Origin: Convolutriloba macropyga
Lineage: Eukaryota
DNA: 64,000 nucleotides
NCBI RefSeq assembly: GCF_964194025.1
Contig: NC_134472.1
Span: 31,434,001 to 31,498,000, forward strand
Reading direction: 5' to 3'
A program made the translations under genes and the position numbers. Every line of letters begins with the position of its first letter. Position 1 is the stretch's first letter. Positions 53,000-64,000 of the stretch are shown here, in pieces. The notes beneath the pieces are model-generated. The model saw only the letters and a list, made by a program, of their open reading frames with translations, did not search any database and had not been told where the DNA came from.

Positions 53000-55303
53000 T
53001 TGTTCTAGAAGTTGTGCTTCTGAAACACTTTGTGTTTCCATATGTTCTATGTTGGACGTTGTATCATCTGTTTGTTCTATACGGTTGTTCTAGAGGTCTG
53101 GTCTAGAAGTGAATTAATATAATTTCTAAGGCGATTACGTAGAAGAGTCGTTGTGAACGATTACCATCTCTATTATAATTAGGTGATTGTGGTCTAGAGT
53201 TACTAGAGTAATTGTTGTTATTATTAAAGTTGGGCTTTTTCTGGGAATTTAGTTGTCTTGGGTAGGTTGAATCTGAACTACTTGGTGGCTTAAAGTAATC
53301 GTTTCCATAATAAGGTTTTGAGTTTGTAATTGATGATTTATTAGGACTTATGTGTCGAGAAGTGTCGCGATTGTCTCTACTGTTGCTCCTAGAGCGATAG
53401 GGTCATGGTAGTGTTTTAGCAGTCATATTCTTTGATGTGACTTGTCTGTTCGGGAGATTTTGATTCCCTTTCGTTACTTGATTGAAAGGTTGTTTTGAAA
53501 ACTTAGGTGTATCAATTGGTTTTGCATATTATTTGTCAGGGCAAATCGAAATACTTTGTCCTGATCATGAACATTTTTTACTAAATTTAAGGAAGAGTGG
53601 TTTTCTTTTAAACTTTGGATTATTTGAGCACTTGTGTAGTACTACATTGATTCTGGACTTTGTGAGTGGAGTTTGAGTGGAATTTGTGTTTATTTTTTTG
53701 TCAATCTATGTGTGTTCCAGTGATATCTTCCAGATGTATTTTGTCCACTAATTGATCAAAAGGAATCTGTGGTTCCAATGCAGTTAATTTGAGACATGCG
53801 ATCTTTTTAAGGGCTATTCGAACTAATTGCGAATCAAGTGTTTTGACAAGTGCGTCATTCATTTGTGTATTTCTCATATCAGGAGCATTTTTAACAAATG
53901 CTTTTTGAGCAGTTTCTTCAATTCTAAGTGCTAATGTTTTTATCTGTTCTCGAGAGGCACGCGTTATGCTTTCTAATAGTAATTTCGTATGTTTTTGCGA
54001 ATGTTGGTTATCAAAGGTCTTTTGAAATTCTCGGCACGAACCTTGCCATTCTTCCATAATCTCTAATGGCAAATGTGAATAGCATTGTTGTTGGTCCGAA
54101 TTATGTGTCAGATCAGTTGAATTCACAGGTTGTCTCTGATTTTCCTAAATCTTTTTGTTGCTAGGAGTGTCATTTACGGTAGCATTAGTGTTTATATTAT
54201 TGTTGTTAGTGTTATTGTGTTTTTCAAGGTCAATTAATGAGAGATTGTTTACAGTATCTGATGACAAAAGTGTTTCATCTTCTAATAGTCTGGAATTTAC
54301 ATCTATTTCTGTGGTTTTGTGTCTCTTGATCGTGAAACGACTATAGTCTCTATATTATCTGTAGGTTATTCTTCAAGAAATGTATTAGTGTTTTCTGGAA
54401 TGTTTGTAAAATTGACTGCTTGTTTTTCGGCGTTTTTTTTTAGTTTTAAAATTATTGTTGTCAACTGTTAGTTTTTGAATGATTCCTGATGAAACTTCTG
54501 TAATACTTTTAAAATTTTCAGGAATTCAATTTGAATCATAAATATTGTGTAGTGTTTCCGGCAAATTATCCATCAAGTGTGCGTACGTGTCGCCTATTAG
54601 TTTTGTAGCCTGGAAAATATGTTTTACTAAGCTTTTCCAAATTCTGAATGAGTACCAGGACAAAAGCGCGAGAAAATCTTTTATTTCCTCTTGCGGTAAA
54701 TCTGCGTCTTTTGCAGAGCTTATGTCTGTTTTTAGAAGGTGAGTGAAACCGTCTATTTTTTGTCTAGCAATTTTTTATGCTCGTTTTCTTTTCGTGATTG
54801 TAAAGCGGCGGTATTAAGTGCTGGCGCTAGGCGCTTTAGAAATTCGAATGACAGTTGGTTAAACACAGTTGAAGGTTGTAATTCTGTCTAAACTCCGTTG
54901 AGAAGTTCAAATAATGTGTATGGTAGTGGCTTAAATAATGTAAATCATATATGCATGGAACATAAGTTGTGTTTCATAGATCAGAGATAAAAAGAATTGA
55001 GCCCTTTGTGAGTTGAGCTCCATAAATTTCGATTAAGTGTGAGGGGAAAGCTATTCCTAATATTTGTGAATCTTTATCTGGTAAAGTAAGAAGAGGCTGC
55101 TAATCTATTGCAAAAAAATTGATTTTAGGTTGTTTTGCTGTGTTTAAAAGTAAATTTAATTCGTCTTGGTGATGATGTTGTGCAACTTTAAATGGTAAGA
55201 TTTCGTATATAAGAGTTTTGTTCGGTTGTGTAAGAACAGTTAATTGTAATTTATTGGAATGTGGGTCCGATTTTGATGACGTTTGGCCAGTGTGACGGCT
55301 CAT
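53000..55303 (-). pseudogene. gag: gag region with a long N-terminal extension or separate upstream ORF
   Basis: Capsid-like EQIKTLALRIEETAQKAF segment (53701-54126), degenerate zinc knuckle (S)KKCS*SGQSISIC near 53585-53540, Arg/Ser/Asn-rich tail. Disrupted ORF begins at 55303. Confidence 0.7.
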
Positions 55304-55480
55304 TTTGTTAATACTAGTGAAATTATTTTATTTTCTGAACTATTTGTAGGGTTGTGTTGCCTGTTTTCCTAATTTTAAACGTAAGAAAATTATGAAATTA
55401 TATAAACTAGTTGTAAGTTTCTTTCTCAACAGAGAATAGCTTGTTTTTCGTGAGTTCTTTTTACGGTTAGAGTTTGTTAA

Positions 55481-55496
55481 CTCACTGTTCGCACCA
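55481..55496 (-). promoter_or_regulatory. Primer-binding site TGGTGCGAACAG(TGAG)
   Basis: TGG-initiated sequence abutting the 5' LTR. The cognate tRNA was not identified. Confidence 0.75.
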
Positions 55497-55802
55497 GTTT
55501 AGGCAGACCCGAAGTGGGTTCCTTTTACAACTTTAAGGTATGAATAGCTAGGGATACTGTTTTTGCGCGCGAAGTAGGCTTACTTATATTTCTCACACTA
55601 AACGAATCTGTAAAACACTGAAGGTATACTTCAATTATAATGATGTACAAAAGAGTTTACACTGGAGTCAGAGGTATACACATTGTGCAACTACTCTAAT
55701 AGACTGACTAGAGTCAGTAGAGTTACTGCTATATGAAAGAAAATAGTGTGTTCTCAAACTCTGATTGGTTGGAGGAGCACATCCAGTATTTGTAATGCTA
55801 CA
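55496..55802 (-). repeat. 5' LTR
   Basis: Starts TGTAGCATT on the minus strand. Has a CCAAT box and TATA-like motif. About 85% identical by eye to 40119-40425. Confidence 0.92.
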
Positions 55803-58800
55803 ATAGCTTTGGACAATTTTTGTCCAGTCAAAAAATAGTATGACTAACTTTAAGAATTCTTCATTATATTGATTTTTAACATTTTAATACTATTAGCAAA
55901 TTTGAAATGTTTTTGTCCATACTCTCAGTTTCTGTATTTGAAAATCCTAACTGGTTATTCAAATTTAACAGAGCAGACTAGAATTCAATTTTCCAAAATT
56001 TTCACAAAAAATTATTTTTTTCAATGGCCCAAAATTTAGATCCAAAACCGTTCAATACCAACCCTTAATTGTGCAACTCAGAACTTGGCTTTCAATTTTT
56101 GGGAACAAATCATAGCAAAACATGATCAAATGGGGTCTTCTAGTTTGCTGCGACACGCTTCGGACAACAATCAATCAACTGACGAAAATCACATGCATAA
56201 ACTATATTCATATATTTAGAAGTTAGAGAAGTTGAATTATGGAGATCAATGTTCATTTCTCTCATATAAAAACAAAAATCGCGAGTGTAAACGCTACCCA
56301 ACATTGAGTCTAATCTGCAAAAAAAATCTGGTTTATTGATAGAAGATTAATTTCGTAAAGCTGAGTTTCGATGTTGACAGAGTTTCGATGTCCAGATGAT
56401 AGACGGGTAAATCCGCTTTGAATAAACTCGTCCATAGTCACCACCTTATATACATTACTCAAAACATAGGATGCAAAAACAACGCAGTCTGACTCACCAG
56501 GGGGAACGATATCCGAAGCAAAAATCCTGACAGGGTGAAAAATTTAAGAGAGAGTCACTACCCAACCGTTTTTCACGTAAGCAAATCAGAGTTCGTTTTG
56601 CGTTTCAGCTCTCAATGAGTAGGGCGAGTTCATCAAGTTTATTTGATCTATAGTTTAAATGTAACACCCAAGTATTTGCTCCAAGATTCTCTGTCAAAGT
56701 GGCCGATAAAATTTTGATTTTTTAAATAAATTTTGGTTCATACTACTAAAAGCATTGTTTATCAGATTATGATCCCATTTCTGCGATTAATAAAAATTAT
56801 CAGAATTTATGATTATCTTATTAAACGCAGCGGTTTTTGTCTTTCACTAAAAAGTCGTTTACATCGGCTTTTTCGCCCAAGGTTTTAAATATTCTTGTAC
56901 GGGGTGAAGTAATGACCTCGTTTTTGTATATATCCGTATTTTCAGATGGATGATCTTTCAACTTCATATGCTTCATCGGATAGACATTTTGTTTCTTGTC
57001 ACAGTTTACTATAATAGGCCTTCGACGAAAGACTTTTGAAGGAAGATGCTGAAGCACATTTTTATCGTCTCTTCCTACTTCAGCTCCTTTGCCACCCACA
57101 GCCTGCAACGGATCTTCAAAGGGATCAACCTTTTCAGTATCAACAATTCCAAACACTCAGATGCGTCGGTGATGAACCTGTTCGAGTGCATCAGCTTCGA
57201 GCGAGCGAGAATTCGTAGGTAGAGTTGAATCCGCTTTCTTCTTCGGAGTTTCAGTTTTTTATCGGGACAACATCTACAAAGAAAAGAGCTCGAGAAAAAC
57301 GGATCATGGAATCTTTGGGAACGCCAGTTCTGTCCCGGCAATGAATCTGTTGCCGTCGGGTCTTGGTCCAGTACACTCAATTTCATGCTTACTTCCTTCA
57401 GAATTTACAGACTTAGAAGCTGACTTTACCGAAAAAGGTCATTTTTCTCCTTTTTTCACTGTTCTCTATAAGTTCACCAATACTGATAAAAGATACCAAC
57501 TCTAGTTTACTTGATATGAACGCTCTGATTAGTGACGGTACTTACCGAAGATTGCAAACAGCGAGGGCACAACCTACCCTACCCGGCTTTAAGATTGTGC
57601 TTAGGCGCACAGAAATGGAACACTTCTTTGTCCCCTGCTTTCGATGCTGGAGATTAAATACCATATAACATCAACAAATATGAAATTAAAATGAATCAGG
57701 ATCATAAAGTCTCCAAAATACCCAAGGTCATAAAGTCTACTGTTATTGATACCTACTGAAATTAGTGTTATCTTTAATTTCAGAAGTTGTATACCAATGA
57801 AGCATAAGAAGATCATACAGGATGTTGCACACCACAAGTTTAGAAGAACAAGTAAGTCACGACTTTTCAATGGCAAATTAGAGAAAATTTTGATCAAAAA
57901 ATGAATATACATAGGGTTATGAGACGCAATTTTTCTCAAAAATTTTGGAAAATAGGGGAAAAATTGCAATTGCAGAACACCTGCAATATGCCAGGCAAAC
58001 TTTCAACGTTTTTACAAAGTCTATGGTATTCCTACAACATAGCTGGAACATCAGATTTCGATAGAAGAAAAAAATTAGGAGGACCATGTGCTGCTATCAA
58101 TCTAATTTTTCATACCCGAGAACTTTGTTCACATCTAAATAGCTTTTTGATTTCTATCTTAAATTCCCACGTTTTATACGCGATTAATTTTAGTGGGACA
58201 AACTCCACTAATTTTGGGAAAAATTGCCGAGAATGATTTTCCAGAGTGACAACAACTGTCTGCGTGTTGCGGAGCCTTACAGAAATTTGAATACAAAATT
58301 AAATACGAATGACTTGAGACAGAAAACACACAACTGAAAAAACCCTTCACATATGTCTGCGCAAGCCCACCATCAACACTCGAGACGATTAGCAAAGCCG
58401 AGAATTAACTCTAGATTAGTGCCAAAAATATGTTGCCTCTAACAAAATTTTTTAGAGCATGTTTTTGAATTTTTTAAAAGTTCTCCTAAAACAAAAACCT
58501 TTGAGTTCAAAATTTTTTAGACTTCCATTCAAAACTTCTAATTGTTTCAAAATAGTTAAAATAAAACAAAAACTTAATTAAAAAATTATTTAATTAACAT
58601 TGCACTATTTAACACACATATGGTCCACATGATTCAAGCAATCGCAAACAGTTTCAGTTTTTATATTGACTGTTTTTTATTTGTAGTCTCTCCACTTTAA
58701 AACCTATAATTATTTTATTACATCCTTCCTAGGCATTCTAGAAGATATCCCAAAAATCAAAAGAAGCAAAGTGAGATTCAAATGACCCACCATTTTCCCC

Positions 58801-59574
58801 ATCACTGATTTTGCCTTCTGTTCCAATTCTCGATCAAATAGTGGTTAGCAAAAATAAATTGAGACATCTTTCTTTTTTTTTTCGCAAAATTTATCCAATT
58901 AATAATCTTTAGCTGCAGTAGTAATAGCGCAAGTAGTCCAGGATGTTGGACTAAGCTAAAGCGTCTGCACCATTTTTTACCATTAAAGAAACAGTTCTGA
59001 GTTACAAAAACAGCAATTTTTGTATCTTTTTTGGAAACGCAAAAAAGTACAATTGTCACAAGTCATTAGTTGTACCAATATTAAAAGTCAATTGCTGCCA
59101 AAATTTTTTTCAAATCCTGATTTCTTGACAAGAAAACAGAGCATAATCCTCCGTATTTTGAGTCCTTAAAACACAAAAGTTGGATGACAAAGTTAAAAAT
59201 TTTCTCAATACTGCTTTTTTCTAATCGAAATACCAATCTACAAACAATATGCTTATGTTCAACTAAGAATTGCAATCAATATCTGCCTTTGAAAGACAAA
59301 TTCGAGACCATTTTTACATTATGTGACTTATCATGACAAAAGTTTTTTAAACTAAATAACAGATTAAAAAGAGCACTTCAAAAGAACTCCTAGCTAAACA
59401 TTTTCTTTTGGAAAATGAGATTCGACCAACCGTGGTTACCAAAAAAATTGAAGCAACATTTTGCTACATTTTCATTTTTTTTTTCTAGTAAACTTTTATC
59501 TTAAAGTTTTCAAAAGTTTGTAATCTCGAGTAGCAAATTTGCGCTGATATATTATTTAAACCAGATACAGGTCT

Positions 59575-60947
59575 CCTTCTCTTTAGATCACCTCACTCTT
59601 ACATCATTTTACCCCCTCAGAACAAATACCCCCAAACTCTTACATCATTTTACTGACCTTGTCTGTCCAGCTCTTAGCTCATTTCACCCCCTCTGAAAAA
59701 GAACCCCCAAATAATACACCATTTTACCCCTTTGGCAGCTCAAATCTTACCTCATTTTACCGGCTCTGAACAAACTTCCCCATCACTCTTACACCATTTT
59801 ACACCTTGGCAGCTCATCTCTTAATTCATTTTACCCATCTGAGCAAATTACCCCCTCACTCTTACACCATTTTACCCCATTTGGCAGCTCAGCTCTTAGA
59901 TCATTTTACCCCCTCTGAAAAATTACCCCCCCCCCCCACTGATACACCACTTTACCCCTCTGGGCTGCCCAACTCTTACTTCCCCCACAAAATTAACCCC
60001 TCACTCTTACACCATTTTACCCCCCTTGGCAGCCCAGCTCATACCTCTTTTTACGCCCTCTGGACAAATACCCCCTTACTCTTACATCATTACACCCATC
60101 CCCTGTCAGCCTAAATCTTACATCATTTTACCCCCTCTAAACAAATTACCCCCTCACCATTACAACATTTTACCTTTTTCCTCCCATTGCAGCCCATTGC
60201 AGCCCACTCTTACATGGCTATTTTAGTCAGGATGTAATTCCTCAAAAGGCCTCCCATTGCAACCCATTGCAGCACACTCTTACATGGCATTTTTAGTCAG
60301 GGGAGGTAATTCCTCAAAAGTCCTCCCACTGCAGCCCAGACTTACGTTGCAATTTTAGTCAGGGGAGGTAATTCCTCAAAGGTCCTCCCATTGCAGCCAA
60401 TTGCAGCGCACTTCTACATGGCATTTTTAGTCTAGGGGGTAATTCCTCAAAAGTCCTTTCATTGCAGCCCATTGTAGCACACTCTTACGTGGCATTTTTA
60501 GTCAGGGGAGGTAATTCTTCAAAATTCCTCCCACTGCAGCCCAGACTTACGTTGCAATTTTAATCAGGGGAGGTAATTCCTCAAAGGTCCTCCCATTGCA
60601 GCCCATTGCAGCGCACTTCTACATGGCATTTTTCGCCTAGGGGGTAATTCCTCAAAAGGCCTCTCATTGCAGCCCATTACAGCCCACTCTTATATGGCAA
60701 TTTTAGTCAGAGGTTTAATTCGTCAAAAGTGCCCCTGCCCCCATTGCAGTTCATTGCAGCCCACTTTAACGTTGTAATTTTAGTCAGGGGGTACTTTCTG
60801 AAAAGTCCTCCTATTGCAGCCGAACTCTTTTATTGTTTTACCCCCTCTGCACATAATACCCCCACTTTCTTACATCAATTTACCCACCATAAACAAATAA
60901 CAACCCTACTCTTACAAAAAATGGGAGGATTTTAGGGAGAACACTCG
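59575..60947. repeat. Composite minisatellite block, possibly a non-autonomous DNA transposon with internal arrays
   Basis: Units built on ctcttac.ccattttacccc (59590-60180, again 60825-60915) flank ~10 units of ~62-72 bp cctcccattgcagccc...ttttagtcaggggaggtaattcctcaaaa (60180-60820). Weak TIR-like ends. Confidence 0.85.
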
Positions 60948-60954
60948 ACTTGGG

Positions 60955-61728
60955 TTTTGACTTGAACAATTACAAACCATTGCAGAGAGTGTATGTCCTG
61001 AAATAATAAACGCAGCAAAAAAGTATCCGAAAATAAGAGAATTAAAAACTTAAAAAAATAATGGACCTTGAAAAAGAAACCTTCTGTCCACCTCCCTTGC
61101 TTGGATTTGTGGAGCTGATCCTTCAGCATCAAATATGCTAAGACAGTTTGCTTCGGAGCTCTACGCCCAAAAAATAAGAAAATTAGGCTGATAAAACGGT
61201 CTGTCTAAGAACAAAAATCAGCTTTGCACTTCTTATGAACTGCATTTTTATCATGCGATTCCATTACTGGCTAACGCGGGGCAAAATTGTTGATGCACAA
61301 ATAGAAATGTTTGTCGAAGAAGGAAGGAGGTTAATTTATTTCAAATAGTTTCGCTTTCACCAGATCCTTCGCATTTCAAACGTCCAAATTGACAAAACAA
61401 AAAAAAATTAGGTAGAAATTGAAGTGAGTTTAATGGGACAAGAGAAAAGTCACACAGTGTTTTGGAGGGTTTATAATCACAACTTTTTCTTGTCTATAAA
61501 TCGCATGCGAGAGTAATTGTCTCAGAAAAACATATTTTTAATGTTGATAACCATACAATAAGGCTTACAAAAATGATGAAGGTACAGTAAAGATCGCAAC
61601 TAATTTTTACCTCCATGCCCTGAAAAATATTTGACAAAGTTTTGTATGATCAACGTTTTTTTGTCATCAACAGTCAAAAAAAGTTTGAGATTTTTTTTTG
61701 AAAAGTCAGCCAGGAACAACAGTTTAAC
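60955..61728 (+). repeat. Second, shorter copy of the CRE-like 3' end (paralogous to 62437-63147)
   Basis: Shared tttgacttgaacaattacaaac, cggtctgtctaagaacaaaaatcag, gcggggcaaaattgttgatgcac, aaaatgatgaaggt.cagtaaagatcgcaact. Confidence 0.85.
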
Positions 61729-61799
61729 CCAAAAATGTTGACAGTGTTTTAATAGAAGAAAAGAAGACTATCAATAATTATATAATGCAAAACTAGAAA

Positions 61800-62830
61800 T
61801 TAATCCAGAATGCAACACTACAAACAGGTCAATATTTTTTGCTACCCGTAACGCAATTCGGTGTAAATCTCTTCCGATCTAATGATTTTGCTGCTGAAAG
61901 CAAACAAAAAACTGTCCAGTTATTCCGTATCTAATATAAACTACAATTAGAAGCTCAGACAAAGAAACAGATGATAAAAGTAACAGACAAATTAACAGAT
62001 AAATTAACAGAGATTATTATAACCTCTGTAATCTCAAAAATAAACAATTTCTGGCGCCGAATTGAATATGAGTGAGAATCACTCTTTTGATGTTGTCAGT
62101 AGAGAATGAGCAACAAATTGGATGTTGATTGATAAAAGACTTTGATTATGATATTGCAGCAGGCTATTGCTGCGAATCGTTCAAAAGTCCATCAGTGTAT
62201 GAGTATTCACCAAATGAACGGACGACAAAGGAAAAGTTCTCACATCTACTACACAACGAACTAAACGATATATCTGCAAAAGAATTCACTTAAGTTTCGA
62301 ATGACGATGAGATTGATAAACGTCCTCAGTCATTGCTGGGGAAACTTTTGCCCTTAAACCAATGACAACTGCGAAGGACTTAAGGTAGGACATTAATGTT
62401 CAGGTCAATTGAGAGACGAGATTGAATAAGATCTATTTTGACTTGAACAATTACAAACTCCTGCAGAGAGTTGTCCAGAAAAAATAACCGAAGCATAAAA
62501 GTATTACAAAATGAGAAAGAGAATCAAATACTATGGAAAAAAATGGCATTGAAAAAGACACCTATCTTAGCTTGGACCTGTGGAGGTAATTCTTCAGCTT
62601 TAAAATTCCTAGGACAGTTAGCTTTGGAGCTCTATGGCAAGAATGAAGAACTCTATGCTGATAGCACGGTCTGTCTAAGAACAAAAATCAGTTTTGCACA
62701 TCTTCTGAGCTCCATTTTAGCATGCGAGTCTATAGGTGGTTTAAAGCGGGGCAAAATTGTTGATGCACTATTAGAAGTGTTTGTCGAAGAACGAAGGAGG
62801 TTAATTTAGTTCAATTATATTTTCCTTCGT
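61800..62830 (+). mobile_element. Decayed 3' part of a CRE-like (restriction-like endonuclease) non-LTR retrotransposon
   Basis: Ordered remnants HNELNDISA, GETF..., R*DI, IYFDL, TPILAWTCGG....FLGQLA.EL..KNEE.Y.....LRTKISFA.L.S.ILAC resemble the RHNE.RD / R.DI / FD / TPLV..T.GG / LR..LSF.LLRS motif series. Confidence 0.65.
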
Positions 62831-64000
62831 CATGTTAAATGATAGGGGGTTAAATAAATAGGGGTGAAAAAGCGGGACACCTTATTAATCAAACTTTTTC
62901 TTTTCTATAAACCGCATGCGAGAGTAATATTCACATAAAGCATATATTTAATGTTGATAACAATACAATAGGGGTTACAAAAATGATGAAGGTGCAGTAA
63001 AGATCGCAACTATTTTTCATCTCCATGCACTAAAAAAACATTTGACAAAGGTTCCTATGAACAATGTTTTTTTTTGCCATAATTTGATAACAGGCAAAAT
63101 TGTTTGAAAAGTTTTCTTTGGAAAAGTCAGCAAGGAGCAGTTTAACTGTTGAACTGGTACCAGAATCTGGTTTTGAATCGCTTGGGTTTTTATTTTGAAT
63201 TTGGAAGTTTTTGATCCAAATAAAGATTTTAAAACAATGGAAAACTTGCTTCTCCAAAAACCTCAAATAATTCTCACTCGTTTCTGCAAATGAACTCAAC
63301 GATACTAATTGCAACCAGTTTTATGTCGAATTAACGTCGGAGAATCAATGCAATCATTATTAATGACAAAAAAAACTAAAATAATTGAAAAACAATTTCA
63401 TTACGAGCTTTTTATAACGAAATTGATTCCAGCTGATAAATGTTAACGAAGATGTCACGAAACTTTCAAATCCCTCATCAAACGTCAACGCATGTTATCA
63501 AAAAAGGACGCAATTAAACAGTTTACATACCTATGTCAATCATGTACTAGTTATCAACACGTACTTCTAACATGCGCCTTATCTAAAGAAAAACAAAATG
63601 GCAGAACAGAAATGTTTCAGTTAATTGCAACTCGATGCGTTCTGTCTTTTGTTCAACCATTATAACGGAAGACCGACTGTTCTGTTGGCTGCACATTTTA
63701 TTTTATATAGAAAGTTATGACCTCTTAACCTTGTTACCAAATGATAAAGATTTCAATGTGATTTGAAATGACTTCGAGGCCTTCTGCACATAAAGACAGC
63801 TATGATGATAATATGAATTATCTAGTTTGTAAGTCTTATAACCGCATGTTATCAAAAAGGAGATCAAAAATACAGATAAATTTTTAAAAAAATGGAAAAC
63901 TCGTTTCTGCAAAACAAGATGATATTGAACGCAAAAAATGCCAAGCTTAAACATCAAGAGAAAGATCTCCTTGCCAGGTATGAACCAAGAAAGAAGAAAT

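Larger units (their letters stand above)
40119..55802 (-). mobile_element. Full-length but decayed Ty3/Gypsy LTR element, ~15.7 kb, with env and extra ORFs
   Basis: Two ~305-bp direct LTRs, PBS, domain order gag-PR-RT-RH-INT, followed by env-like and unassigned ORFs. Confidence 0.92.

Noticed and set aside
40110-55810. Target-site duplication and polypurine tract for the LTR element
   Set aside because: The flanks (..atgt/gtag vs atag..) do not match exactly, and the sequence before the 3' LTR is only weakly purine-rich, so neither is claimed.
56300-57450. Coding-like, GC-richer stretch with ORFs 56821-57156 and 57075-57386
   Set aside because: No recognisable domain on either strand and stops in all frames, so left unassigned.
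57520-57620. U1-like ACTTACC, or a hammerhead/HDV ribozyme-like hairpin
   Set aside because: No continued U1 similarity, and I could not build the required core or pseudoknot pairings.
57601-58395. Possible DHHC palmitoyltransferase on the minus strand (YDLG, Cys/His cluster)
   Set aside because: No DHHC motif and no coherent exon structure. The opposite strand fits a decayed retrotransposon at least as well.
59590-60920. CRISPR-like regularly spaced repeats
   Set aside because: Units are contiguous degenerate tandem repeats without unique spacers. There are no cas genes and the context is eukaryotic.
61572-61623. C/D snoRNA-like ATGATGA...CTGA or SL-RNA-like segment
   Set aside because: Too short, box D is absent in the paralogous copy near 62985-63035, and there is no canonical Sm site.
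62471-62809. OTU protease-like reading of the ORF
   Set aside because: Lacks the GDGNC catalytic motif. The flanking motif order fits a restriction-like endonuclease better.

Overview
AT-rich eukaryotic (animal, probably invertebrate) genomic DNA with two short assembly gaps. No prokaryotic features, CRISPR arrays or rRNA were seen. A cluster of four co-oriented minus-strand housekeeping genes (3-exon CLPTM1, then single-exon GrpE, PPCS and ATP synthase subunit c; 9.5-23.3 kb) sits among decayed transposons. These include several APE-type LINEs, a Tc1 deletion derivative, MITEs, tRNA-like SINE relics, a satellite with a higher-order repeat, and a CRE-like (restriction-like endonuclease) retrotransposon relic. 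The most notable object is a ~15.7-kb decayed Ty3/Gypsy provirus-like element (40119-55802, minus strand). Besides gag-pol it carries a chuvirus/gB-like envelope gene, large unassigned ORF blocks and consensus splice signals, so it is organised like a complex retrovirus. Directly beside it lies an unrelated, partly duplicated class I (furin-cleaved, F-type) envelope relic. All four host genes have a splice acceptor just upstream of the ATG, and PPCS ends only 310 bp before the ATP synthase c start, which suggests a possible trans-spliced operon. Family assignments come from motif recognition by eye. Boundaries of decayed elements are approximate.
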